Shown here: piece by piece, positions 20,604 through 29,395 of the stretch
Numbering within the stretch: position 1 is the first letter of the stretch
Layout of the letters: every line of letters starts with the position of its first letter
Position numbers and translations under genes: made by a program
The notes under the pieces: model-generated
What the model was told of the DNA's origin: nothing
The model's input: only the letters and a program-made list of their open reading frames with translations
Database searches by the model: none
Assembly: GCA_964554805.1 (NCBI GenBank)
Contig: CAZKPX010000004.1
Span: forward strand, 72,439 to 136,438
Reading direction: 5' to 3'
DNA from: an uncultured Candidatus Saccharibacteria bacterium
Lineage (GTDB): Bacteria > Patescibacteriota > CAZHWT01
Length of the DNA stretch: 64,000 nt

Positions 20604-22046
20604 TTACTTCTTTTCTAGTAGGTATAGGATCCGGTGGCTATCTTTGATTGGGGTGGCTTTGGTAATTTTGAAATATTGACCAAAAGCAGCCTCAAATCCC
20701 TCCTTGGTGTAGTCAGTGAAAATATCCTGCCGGGTAGCTAACAGAATCTGGACTTGGGAATCCTGTTTGGGGATGAATTCAACGATGGCTCCCTTATGCG
20801 ACAACTGGTGGAACAACAGGGCAATCTTGGCTAAGGGGATGTTGAGAGGGATAGCCAGGTGATGGACGACCGCCAGTCCCATAATGGCATCGGCTTGAAT
20901 ACGATCCAGAATAGCCCGACGCTCGGTATTGTGCCAGCCAATGCCTGGGCTGGGGTTGGCAATGTCTGACACCAAAGGCAGGATACTGCCTTTGGTGGAG
21001 CGACTAGCGACGGGCGACGAGCGACGAGCTTCTGATTTGAGGTATTGGTAGAGGCTGTCGACTGCTAAGGGGTCGATGTCGAGGGCGATGGTTTGGATGC
21101 CTTGATCTGCCGCAACCATGCTAAATAAGCCGGTATTGGCACCGATGTCTGTGGCTGATTTTGCTTTGAGTTGCTTGAGATAGTCCCCCACTAATTGCTG
21201 CTTGTGTTGGAGGGCTTGGTCGACATAGTTGTTGTTATTGATGTAATAGCTGGCCCACTCGGTGTTTTGGCCTTTGGCTTTGAGCTTTTTGACTGCTGAC
21301 TCTAGACTATCCAACATGCCCAGCAATGATTGCAGACTGACTTGACCAACAGATGTAGATTGAGAAGCGGCTTGGAGATTTTTTGAGGCATCGGAAGCAT
21401 GACTGACTTGGTTCTTACCGTGAAGATGGATATGGATTAGCAGGCCGGGTCGGAGACGAGAAGCTGGGGGCAGGAGACGGGAGGCTAGGTCTAGAGGGAT
21501 GCCGTCAATATTCGTCTGGAGTAATTGCTGCAGGCGGAGATCGGTATGGGCCATTAAGGCTAGCGGGGCCAGGAAATGTTGGCAGAATTGTTTGTAGGCA
21601 ACCCAGGGCTTTGGCTGGTAGGCTTCAAAAGACAAGGTGTCAATTAAAACTGGCTGATTGGCCACAAATTGGATATTGTAAGCCGTTGCATCTTTGAGAC
21701 TCATGCCATGTTTGAGGGCTGTTTTTTGAAGATGAAGGGTTAGGAGCGCCGCATCTTGCAGCTGGCTAAATGACCATTCATACGGATAGGATATGACCGG
21801 AATATGCTCAGGTTTAATAATTTTATAGGCCTGCTGAAAGGGGTGGTTTGTTAACTTGACCTCTTGATGAGCTACCATAGCTTGCTGGTCAACAAGAGTC
21901 TGATATAGGCCGGAGCTGTGTAGCAGGTCATAGTTTTTCTGGTATGAATCAGAAACTGCCCGATAGATGGTGTCGTCTTGGTAAAAGACAGTGCCGCTGG
22001 GATCGCGGAAGGATGAAGATTCAAGCTTGGTAGTGTCTTTAGGCAT
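20604..22046 (-). CDS. Two-domain protein with a C-terminal class I SAM-dependent methyltransferase. It carries a GCGACGR heptamer tract in the coding sequence.
   Basis: DIGANTGLFSMVAADQG..ALDIDPLAVD is a SAM-binding fold. EARRSSPVASRSTKG is encoded by the gcgactagcgacgggcgacgagcgacgag tract at 21000-21028. Confidence 0.5.
   Translation of the reverse strand: MPKDTTKLESSSFRDPSGTVFYQDDTIYRAVSDSYQKNYDLLHSSGLYQTLVDQQAMVAHQEVKLTNHPFQQAYKIIKPEHIPVISYPYEWSFSQLQDAALLTLHLQKTALKHGMSLKDATAYNIQFVANQPVLIDTLSFEAYQPKPWVAYKQFCQHFLAPLALMAHTDLRLQQLLQTNIDGIPLDLASRLLPPASRLRPGLLIHIHLHGKNQVSHASDASKNLQAASQSTSVGQVSLQSLLGMLDSLESAVKKLKAKGQNTEWASYYINNNNYVDQALQHKQQLVGDYLKQLKAKSATDIGANTGLFSMVAADQGIQTIALDIDPLAVDSLYQYLKSEARRSSPVASRSTKGSILPLVSDIANPSPGIGWHNTERRAILDRIQADAIMGLAVVHHLAIPLNIPLAKIALLFHQLSHKGAIVEFIPKQDSQVQILLATRQDIFTDYTKEGFEAAFGQYFKITKATPIKDSHRILYLLEKK
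21000..21028 (+). repeat. Heptamer microsatellite (GCGACKR)x4 inside the methyltransferase-domain gene.
   Basis: gcgactagcgacgggcgacgagcgacgag. Confidence 0.7.
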
Positions 22047-22287
22047 CTTTTTTCTCCTGAGATTGGTCAGGAGTAGGCGAAGATTTACCTAGTAACTTAA
22101 GCACAAATGTCTTAACTTGCAGCCAGTATATCTTGAGGGCAAATAAGGCACCAAACAATCCGGCTAAGGCCATTTGAAAGAGATAGCTGCCGGTTCCTGG
22201 ATCGAGATAGGCATAAGCGGGTTGAGTGGCTGCGGACCAAATAGCGGCAAATGCTAGCATAATTGCTAATAGTGAGAAACGGTTCAT
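22039..22287 (-). CDS. Small membrane protein with a signal peptide and one TM helix.
   Basis: 82 aa with a hydrophobic N-terminus, AYAYLDPGTGSYLFQ, and a second hydrophobic helix. It overlaps the upstream gene by 8 nt. Confidence 0.3.
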   Translation of the reverse strand: MNRFSLLAIMLAFAAIWSAATQPAYAYLDPGTGSYLFQMALAGLFGALFALKIYWLQVKTFVLKLLGKSSPTPDQSQEKKDA

Positions 22288-22377
22288 GTAAAATAACTCC
22301 GATTGTGGGATTTGAGGTTGACGCTACCTAGTTTAGACTAGTTTTTAGGATAGGTCAAAATCTTTCTATGAAATACC

Positions 22378-23913
22378 TTAGATTTTGTCTTTGAGCTTCT
22401 GCGGTAATGGTAGTAGGCTGAGTGAGTGTTCGATGATGTCTGATGGAAGAATTTTGGCCCAGTAAATGAGAATACCGTAGATGATCAGGGCCAAGGCGGC
22501 AATAAGGCTGAGGTCTAAAAAATTGCTGACTAAACTGGTGTCAGTCGCGAGTTGATTAAGATTGCTTAGGCCCAATAAAACCAGAACTACCGCAGCCAAG
22601 CCCATACTCTTGGCCGCCGTGCTTAAATTCAGTTTCATGCTGAAACGATACCAGATGATGATGAGGAGGCTCACCAGGATAATGGTTTCTGTGACAGCTG
22701 CTGCGATGGCTGGGGCAAAATAGCTAAGGTTGCCCAAGAGTCCGAGGTTAAGGAAAATATTGATAGCTATGGCTGCAACTAGTGTGTAGACAACGAGTCG
22801 CTGTTGCCTGGTAGCAACTAGGTATGATTGGAATAATCCATAAATGAAACTACTAAATATCGCCACCGTTAATACTTGTAGGACTGCAATTGACTGAGGA
22901 TATTGGCTATTACCGAAGATGGAGATGATCTGCGGGGCGCCATAAAAGGTAATAACACAGATAATAGCGGCTGTCATGACGAGGAAGTTGAAGGATTTTT
23001 GGATGGCCTGGCTGAGACGAGCTGGCTCGGTGGCGGCATATCGACTCAATAAAGGGTAGACGGAGGCCAGGAATAGAGGGGGGAGGGTAATGATAACCTC
23101 CATAAAACGTCGGGATAGAGCAAAAACAGCCACATCTTCTTCGGATTTAAAATGACTTAGCATGATGTAGCCAATTTGGGTGTGTATAACTATTAAGATA
23201 CCCATAACCCACAGCGGCCAAGAATCGCGAGCCAATTCAATCAGTGTTGCCCGGTTGGGCCTGAGATCTATCCGAACTTTCATATATTTGGTGGCCCAAT
23301 ATACAAAACAAATCAGGATAATTACGGCGGGGAGAATGGTTGCGACGAGAGCCAAGGCGGAAGTGGTGGCAGTGACATGAAGTTGGCCGGTAGTAAATAG
23401 CCAAACCAGAATTATGGTCAGAACGGTGGTGACGACTTTGGCAATAACTTCGGCTGCGGTTAGCAAATAGGCTTTCAGATTGTACTGAATGGCTGAGTAA
23501 AAACCTGACTGGGCAGCGCTGAAGAAGACGCCGATTAATGAAATATAGGCTGTCGTTTTGACTATGGCCGAGTAATCGCCAAGCCAAATCCAGATAGACA
23601 CACCGACAACTACCATTAGCGACACTAGCATTTTGAGAATTGTCGATTGATTGATTAGTAAATTGTATCTTTGCTCATCTTCGGCAATATCACGAACAGC
23701 CACCTGCTCGACTTTAATCTCGGTTAAACTAACGGCGGTGATAAAAATAATACTGAAAATAATGCTGAATTCGCCAAACTGGGCTTTTGGCAAACTGCCG
23801 GCCACCATAGCTAATGAAACCATTGATAAGGCCATGGTTATCGCTTTGCCTATAAATTGATACATGGTGTTGCGGGCCACTATAGCGGTGGTACTTGGGG
23901 TGGATTGATTCAT
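22378..23913 (-). CDS. Second Wzx/MOP-type polysaccharide flippase.
   Basis: 511 aa with at least 12 TM helices, in the polysaccharide biosynthesis protein family style. Confidence 0.6.
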   Translation of the reverse strand: MNQSTPSTTAIVARNTMYQFIGKAITMALSMVSLAMVAGSLPKAQFGEFSIIFSIIFITAVSLTEIKVEQVAVRDIAEDEQRYNLLINQSTILKMLVSLMVVVGVSIWIWLGDYSAIVKTTAYISLIGVFFSAAQSGFYSAIQYNLKAYLLTAAEVIAKVVTTVLTIILVWLFTTGQLHVTATTSALALVATILPAVIILICFVYWATKYMKVRIDLRPNRATLIELARDSWPLWVMGILIVIHTQIGYIMLSHFKSEEDVAVFALSRRFMEVIITLPPLFLASVYPLLSRYAATEPARLSQAIQKSFNFLVMTAAIICVITFYGAPQIISIFGNSQYPQSIAVLQVLTVAIFSSFIYGLFQSYLVATRQQRLVVYTLVAAIAINIFLNLGLLGNLSYFAPAIAAAVTETIILVSLLIIIWYRFSMKLNLSTAAKSMGLAAVVLVLLGLSNLNQLATDTSLVSNFLDLSLIAALALIIYGILIYWAKILPSDIIEHSLSLLPLPQKLKDKI

Positions 23914-24000
23914 TATTAAAGCTGCTTATACTACAGAGATATTATACGCTATTGCACCATAGATCATGGCCAAGGCGCTGTTTTTGCTATCAACTACGTC

Positions 24001-24792
24001 TCATGATTGCAACGAGCCGGGTGGTGGGATTAATCGGTTGCGCCATTTACTGGCCGTGGCAAAGATGGCTAAATAGAGTCGGTGAGACCAACGATTGTAA
24101 AGAGCTGAGTGACGACTGTGTAATAGCACTTCCAATTCAGCGCGATGCTGAAGGGCTGGGCCATTGCGACCATCACCATGGAGACGGTAGAAAAATAAAA
24201 CCTGAGGTACATAGACGCCCGTCCAGCCTTGCTCAGCCAGGGATAACCACAGATCCCAGTCTTCAAAGCTAGCTGTCTGATTTACCTCAGTTGAAAATCC
24301 ACCAACACTATCAAAGGCTTGTTTGGTCATGATAGATGTGATTGATAGATAGTTTCGATAGAGCAACTTGGGGACATTCCAGGAGCAGGCCGGAATAATG
24401 GCTTGGCTATGACCAACATATTGCTGATCGCAATAGGCGATGGCGGCCTGAGGATTGGTTTGTTGAGCCTGGATCAAGGCCGATATAAGTTGTTCGACAA
24501 ACTGCGGATGTATATAGTCATCAGCATCAAGGAAGAATATGTAGTCTGAGGTTGAACGCTTGGCGCCAGCGTTGCGGGCCACCACTACCCCGCTATTGGT
24601 TTGCTGCACAAAGGCGACTTGGTCACGGTAGGGCTTAACTATTTGAGCTGAGTCATCAGTAGACCCATCATCAATAACAATTACCTCAATATTGGGGTAG
24701 GTTTGGTGTAAGACACTATCGATAGCTTGATCTAAAAAATGGCCATAATTATAATTTGTAATTATGCAGCTCACAAATGGTTGACTGGGCAT
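24001..24792 (-). CDS. Glycosyltransferase family 2.
   Basis: SCIITNYNYGHFLDQAIDSVLHQTYPNIEVIVIDDGSTDDS, with a DAD/DxD motif in FLDADDY. Confidence 0.75.
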   Translation of the reverse strand: MPSQPFVSCIITNYNYGHFLDQAIDSVLHQTYPNIEVIVIDDGSTDDSAQIVKPYRDQVAFVQQTNSGVVVARNAGAKRSTSDYIFFLDADDYIHPQFVEQLISALIQAQQTNPQAAIAYCDQQYVGHSQAIIPACSWNVPKLLYRNYLSITSIMTKQAFDSVGGFSTEVNQTASFEDWDLWLSLAEQGWTGVYVPQVLFFYRLHGDGRNGPALQHRAELEVLLHSRHSALYNRWSHRLYLAIFATASKWRNRLIPPPGSLQS

Positions 24793-24798
24793 AGGAAT

Positions 24799-25830
24799 TT
24801 AAAGACTGAAGATATCATCATCCAGTGATGGTTGGTCGGGTAATTGGGCGAAAGGTTGTTGGAGTTTTTCCCACCACTGCGGGTTATCTTCGTACCATTT
24901 GACAGCGCTGGCAATACCTTTATGAAAATCTACAGCCGGCTGCCAACCCAAGCGATTGAGCTTGGATGTATCCACTGCCTGTTGTCCAGGCATGCCTGAT
25001 TCTATAACTGATAGTAGTTCTCGCGGCCTATCCAGGAAATGCAGCAGCAAGTCTACAACTTCTATCTCTGACCGAACATGTCCGCTACCAAGATTATAGG
25101 TCTGCGCATCAACATCGCCAGCTCGGGCATGGATGAGGGTATCGATGGCAGTGCAAAAATCATCGACATGCAGCCAATCGTGCTCTACTCTGCCTGCCAG
25201 TTCCAATTCTACCGGTTGTCGCTGGATTGCTTTGGTGATCCAGGAGGCCATTAGCTGATTGGGGTATTGGTGAGGTCCATAGATAGACGATGGACGAACC
25301 ATGGTGATGGGTAAGTTGGCTGAGGTGGTGTAAGAGTAAGCCAGACGTTCGGCGCCTATTTTGGAAGCAGCTTGCGGAGAGGCTGGCTGAAGCTCGTCGC
25401 CTTCGTAGACCGGGCGTTTTTGCAAGCCTTGGGTTGAGGCGGGACCATAGCCTGCTGCCGTAGAGATATGCAAGAATCGAGAAACGCGATAGGCTTTGGC
25501 AGCTTCACATAAGACATAGGTGCCGTAGAGGTCTGTCCTAATAAAGCGCGAGGGGTCTACTTCTTCAGGATTCGGGTATGGTTCTGAGGCTAGGTGAATG
25601 ACAGTATCTATACCTTGACTCATCAGGGCATCCACTTCAACTTCATTGCAGATATCACCTTGGACAAAGTGGTAGGTGGGGAGATGAGCCAGGTCGGTTA
25701 AATTTTCGAGGTTGCCGGAATAGGTCAGTCGATCCAGATTAATGATTGTATAACCTGGATATTTCTTCAGCAGGTAGCGGATAAGATTGGAGCCAATAAA
25801 ACCAGCGCCACCGGTGACTAGGATTTTCAT
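24799..25830 (-). CDS. rfbB: dTDP-glucose 4,6-dehydratase.
   Basis: The MKILVTGGAGFIGSN Rossmann motif, DRLTYSGNLENL (as in RmlB DKLTYAGNLESL), and a catalytic YxxxK region (YSYTTSA..). Confidence 0.7.
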   Translation of the reverse strand: MKILVTGGAGFIGSNLIRYLLKKYPGYTIINLDRLTYSGNLENLTDLAHLPTYHFVQGDICNEVEVDALMSQGIDTVIHLASEPYPNPEEVDPSRFIRTDLYGTYVLCEAAKAYRVSRFLHISTAAGYGPASTQGLQKRPVYEGDELQPASPQAASKIGAERLAYSYTTSANLPITMVRPSSIYGPHQYPNQLMASWITKAIQRQPVELELAGRVEHDWLHVDDFCTAIDTLIHARAGDVDAQTYNLGSGHVRSEIEVVDLLLHFLDRPRELLSVIESGMPGQQAVDTSKLNRLGWQPAVDFHKGIASAVKWYEDNPQWWEKLQQPFAQLPDQPSLDDDIFSL

Positions 25831-25868
25831 ACACTATTTAGGTTACAGGGGTAATAGGCAAGCGTCAA

Positions 25869-25887
25869 GCGTCAAGCATAGGAGGAA
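25869..25887 (+). repeat. GCGTCAA heptamer repeat in the leader of the rfbB operon.
   Basis: ggcaagcgtcaagcgtcaagc. Confidence 0.6.
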
Positions 25888-25963
25888 GGGGTTACTGGTC
25901 GTTTCGAATCACCGGTGCTTCGCGCCTTACTATCTTGAACCTATCGCATGAATTTTTAGAACA

Positions 25964-25984
25964 GGCGACGGGCGACGGGCGACA
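25964..25984 (+). repeat. GGCGACG heptamer x3 in the leader of the rfbB operon.
   Basis: ggcgacgggcgacgggcgaca. Confidence 0.7.
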
Positions 25985-26050
25985 TGTGGAGACCAGTTCG
26001 ATGGGAAAGGAATGAATGAAGGAGACTGAGGCACCTTTGGTGGCGGATAT

Positions 26051-26156
26051 CGAGACAGGAGACGCGGGACAGGAGGATTGTCAGTAATCTTTGATTTTTG
26101 ATTTTAATTTTTGCCTTTTGCCCTTTGCCTTTTTCCTTTTGCCCTTTGCCCTTTGC
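26051..26156 (+). repeat. Solo right arm of the MITE-like element (copy b): GGAGACAGGA tract plus TIR.
   Basis: cgagacaggagacgcgggacaggaggattgtcagtaatctttgatttttgattttaatttttgccttttgccctttgcc.. The last about 50 nt are read as the C-terminus of the Mur-ligase ORF (..[17 protein letters not shown]). Confidence 0.6.
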
Positions 26157-27411
26157 CGAGCGCTTTCTCTACAGCTGTTTGGTCTGACCAGGGGATTTCT
26201 TGGCCTTGGATGGCTAGGCTTTGTTCGTGGCCTTTGCCGGTAATTAATACTACGTCTCCCTTTTGAGCCATGGCGATGGCTTGGTTTATGGCTTGTTGTC
26301 GATCGTCGAGGCGCTGCCACTGTTTGCCCTGTACTCTACCCTGTTGAGTAAGACCATCGATGATCATTGATTGTATTGTATCCAAAGACTCAAAGCGGGG
26401 GTCCTCCATGGTGAGGATGGAGAAATCTGCCCATTGGCCGGACAGCTGACCGAAGGTTGAGCGCTTGGATTGATCACGTTGAGCTGCTGAGCCAAAAACA
26501 TGAATTAATGCGCCGTTGCCTGTGACTAATTTTTTAGCTTGAGGCAGTACTTGAGCTAAGGATTGTGGCGTATGGGCGAAGTCAATAATGATGGTGTATG
26601 GTGTAGTTTGGACTACCTGCCAGCGACCATCGACCGCTTTGACCGCTGCCAAGCCTTGTCTAATGGCTGACTCAGAAACTTCGAGGCATACCGCGATAGC
26701 GGTTGCTGCTAAGGCATTTGAAACATTGTATTCACCCGGTAAGAAGACTTGCAAGTCTTGGATCGACTTGGTTTTGCTTAATTTGGGAGAAATTTTACTA
26801 TTGAAAGTCGTTGATTGATCGGTTTGCTGCGTAATCGTGCCGAGTAAATCGGCTGGCTGAGACTGGCTAATAGTCAGGAGCGAGGGGTGGGTGGATATAA
26901 GCTGGGTCAATGGTGGACTGTCTATATTTATGATTGTGTGCTGCGACTGCTTGATAATCATGGCTTTGGCTTGAAGGTATTTATCCATAGTGCGGTGATA
27001 ATCGAGATGTTCCGGGCTCAGGTTGGTAATTAGTCCAACCCTAAAATTAAGACCAAAGGTTCGATATTGGTCCAGGCCATGTGAGGTAGTCTCAATAACG
27101 ACATGGCTGACACCTGCCTGTTTCATCTGATGCAACATAGCATATATTTCGGTTGGACCGGGTGTTGAGGTATGAAGGCCAGTTTGGAGATGTTGGCCGT
27201 TGATCTGCGCACCTAGGGTTGAGATGTGGCCGACTGTATGACCAGCCTGCTCCAATATGCTGGAGACAAGATGGGTGGTGGTGGTTTTGCCATCGGTGCC
27301 GGTAATACCAATCAAAATTAAATGTTTGTGTGGCTGGCGGAAGCGAATCATTGCTGCTGCGCTTAAGAGTATATTGATCAGTCGACGGGCAAGAATTCTG
27401 AGATGAATCAT
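26104..27411 (-). CDS. Mur-ligase-family protein (MurT/MurE-like central and C-terminal domains).
   Basis: P-loop GITGTDGKTTT and a Mur ligase middle-domain block, TSHGLDQYRTFGLNFRVGLITNLSPEHLDYHRTMDKYLQAKAMI. The N-terminus MIHLRILARRL resembles the MurT N-terminus. There is no Zn-ribbon. The C-terminal about 16 aa derive from the repeat. Confidence 0.55.
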   Translation of the reverse strand: MIHLRILARRLINILLSAAAMIRFRQPHKHLILIGITGTDGKTTTTHLVSSILEQAGHTVGHISTLGAQINGQHLQTGLHTSTPGPTEIYAMLHQMKQAGVSHVVIETTSHGLDQYRTFGLNFRVGLITNLSPEHLDYHRTMDKYLQAKAMIIKQSQHTIINIDSPPLTQLISTHPSLLTISQSQPADLLGTITQQTDQSTTFNSKISPKLSKTKSIQDLQVFLPGEYNVSNALAATAIAVCLEVSESAIRQGLAAVKAVDGRWQVVQTTPYTIIIDFAHTPQSLAQVLPQAKKLVTGNGALIHVFGSAAQRDQSKRSTFGQLSGQWADFSILTMEDPRFESLDTIQSMIIDGLTQQGRVQGKQWQRLDDRQQAINQAIAMAQKGDVVLITGKGHEQSLAIQGQEIPWSDQTAVEKALGKGQRAKGKRQRAKGKN

Positions 27412-27986
27412 GTGCTTGGAAATAACTCAGGGAATTTTCGCTGAGCCATCAGTATAGCTGTGATGGCCTGGCCGTTGGTCAATTGGCCCGATTCAATAAG
27501 CTGATTGATTTGTTTTAGGGTGAATTTTTTAACTTGCGATACCTCATTGGTATCGGTGTGAGGCTGTTGCTGCACCTGTTGTGCCACAAAATAGATGGCC
27601 TGTTCATCTGAGACGGAGGGGCATGGATGAATACGAGCCAATTTGGACCATTGTTGCGCTTTGAGTCCAGCCTCTTCCAATAACTCACGCTGGGCTGCTA
27701 CTAAGGGCGATTCGTCTGCTGATTCTATGCCTCCCATTGGAATTTCCCAGGCAAAGCGCTGTATGGGATAACGCCAGACTTCGACTAGATAGATACCGCC
27801 ATCCCGATCGACCGGCACAATTGCGACCGACTTGGATAAGGATCTATAAGAATAGACACCTGGCCGACCATCAGGATGAATAATCTGATCTTCGACAATG
27901 GTCATAAATTGGTTTTGGTACGCTATCTTGCTATCGACAGTGGTATACGGTGAGTCAGGTGCTGGCTTAGTCATGATTATAGCCAT
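27408..27986 (-). CDS. NUDIX hydrolase (ADP-ribose/nucleotide-sugar pyrophosphatase-like).
   Basis: NUDIX box GGIESADESPLVAAQRELLEEAGL. The start is refined to an internal Met so that it overlaps the galE stop by only a few nt. Confidence 0.7.
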   Translation of the reverse strand: MAIIMTKPAPDSPYTTVDSKIAYQNQFMTIVEDQIIHPDGRPGVYSYRSLSKSVAIVPVDRDGGIYLVEVWRYPIQRFAWEIPMGGIESADESPLVAAQRELLEEAGLKAQQWSKLARIHPCPSVSDEQAIYFVAQQVQQQPHTDTNEVSQVKKFTLKQINQLIESGQLTNGQAITAILMAQRKFPELFPST

Positions 27987-28959
27987 TTGGATGTGCTGCA
28001 TGCCATTGCCAAGCTGATTTAATAATATCTTCGAGTTGACTATGCTGGGGTTGCCAGTTGAGTTTTTGCTGCAGTTTTTCTGATGAGGCAATCAGCTGAT
28101 CGGGGTCGCCCGGGCGGCGCTGACCATACTCAACTGTAAAATCTTTGGCGGTGACTTGTTTGACCATATCCACTACCTGTTGATTGGAGTATCCTTGGCC
28201 GGTTCCGACATTGAATTGATCAGAAACTCCGCCGGCGACTAAATATTCCATGGCTTTGAGATGAGCGCTCGCTAGATCGGCGATGTGAATATAATCTCTG
28301 ACACAAGTACCATCGGGAGTATTGTAGTCTTGACCAAAGATAGTAATATGTGGACGTTGGCCTGTGGCTGCCTGAATAACTAATGGAATAAGGTGTGATT
28401 CGGGCTGATGAGCTTCGCCGCGACTACCGTCTAGCGCTGCACCGGAGGCGTTGAAATAACGGAGGCAGACACTGGTCAGGCCGTGAGCTTGATCCATCCA
28501 TTTCAGCATGTCTTCCATCATTAATTTGCTTGCACCATAGGGATTGGTGGGGACTTTGGGATCGTCTTCTTGGATTGGCACTTGGACTGGATTGCCGTAG
28601 ACTGCAGCGGTCGAGGAGAAGACGACATGTTTGATGCCATGATCATGGATGGCCTTGAACAGAACCAGCGAGCCCGCTACATTGTTTGAAAAATACTTGG
28701 CTGGCTGCTCGACAGATTCGCCGACTTGAATGTAGGCTGCAAAATGGATTAAACCATCAAATGCTTGGTCTGTTAAAAGACTGTCTAATAATTGTCGATC
28801 ATCGATTCGACCTGTGACTAATGTAACCGAGTCAGGCAAGGCCTGAGCATGGCCGAATTCTAACGAGTCTAAAACGGTCACTTGATGACCGGATTCCACT
28901 AAGTGGTTGACTGTTTCTGAGCCAATATAACCTGCTCCACCGGTGACGAGAATATTCAT
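27967..28959 (-). CDS. galE: UDP-glucose 4-epimerase.
   Basis: MNILVTGGAGYIGSETVNHL, a YxxxK motif (YGASKLMMEDMLKW), 330 aa, and a GalE-like C-terminus. Confidence 0.8.
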   Translation of the reverse strand: MNILVTGGAGYIGSETVNHLVESGHQVTVLDSLEFGHAQALPDSVTLVTGRIDDRQLLDSLLTDQAFDGLIHFAAYIQVGESVEQPAKYFSNNVAGSLVLFKAIHDHGIKHVVFSSTAAVYGNPVQVPIQEDDPKVPTNPYGASKLMMEDMLKWMDQAHGLTSVCLRYFNASGAALDGSRGEAHQPESHLIPLVIQAATGQRPHITIFGQDYNTPDGTCVRDYIHIADLASAHLKAMEYLVAGGVSDQFNVGTGQGYSNQQVVDMVKQVTAKDFTVEYGQRRPGDPDQLIASSEKLQQKLNWQPQHSQLEDIIKSAWQWHAAHPNGYNHD

Positions 28960-28994
28960 GTCTTTAGCTTAAATGTCTGGAGACGTAGCGTCAA

Positions 28995-29395
28995 GGGGAA
29001 GGGGGAGGCAAAAGGCAAAGGTCAAAAGGCAGAAATTAAAGTTAAAAATCAAAGGTTGCTTACGACTATGACATTGCGATCTGACGGCAAACGAAGTCAT
29101 AGCGGCAATCTTGTTTGATTATATTGCTGGCCCGGCAAAATGCATTCGGCCAAAAGCCACGTTTTTGTATGTCATTTTTTCACATCAAATAAACATGCCC
29201 TAGTATGGATAGATAATTTGGGTGAGGATATACTTATTTACTAGCTCTCCTTGGTCAGGCTAGGAGACCAGTATTTAATGTGAAAGAAATGAATACAGGG
29301 GGTTTATTAAATGCAGAAGGCAGAAGGCAGTCGCAGTTACTTTGTATTTTTGACTTTAATTTCTGCCTTTTGATTTTTGCCTTTTAACTTTAATT
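28995..29395 (+). repeat. MITE-like composite element, full copy c (TIR arms plus hairpin core at about 29148-29310).
   Basis: The left arm ggcaaaaggcaaaggtcaaaaggcagaaattaaagttaaaaatcaaag is inverted at the right as ctttgtatttttgactttaatttctgccttttgatttttgcc. The core ccaaaagccacgtttttgtatgtcattttttcacatcaaataaaca..ctaggagaccagtatttaatgtgaaagaaatgaataca is present. Confidence 0.65.

Noticed and set aside
26081-26320. K/R-rich 79-aa ORF overlapping the Mur-ligase 3' end.
   Set aside because: It is an out-of-frame read-through of the repeat arm and overlaps a well-supported CDS.
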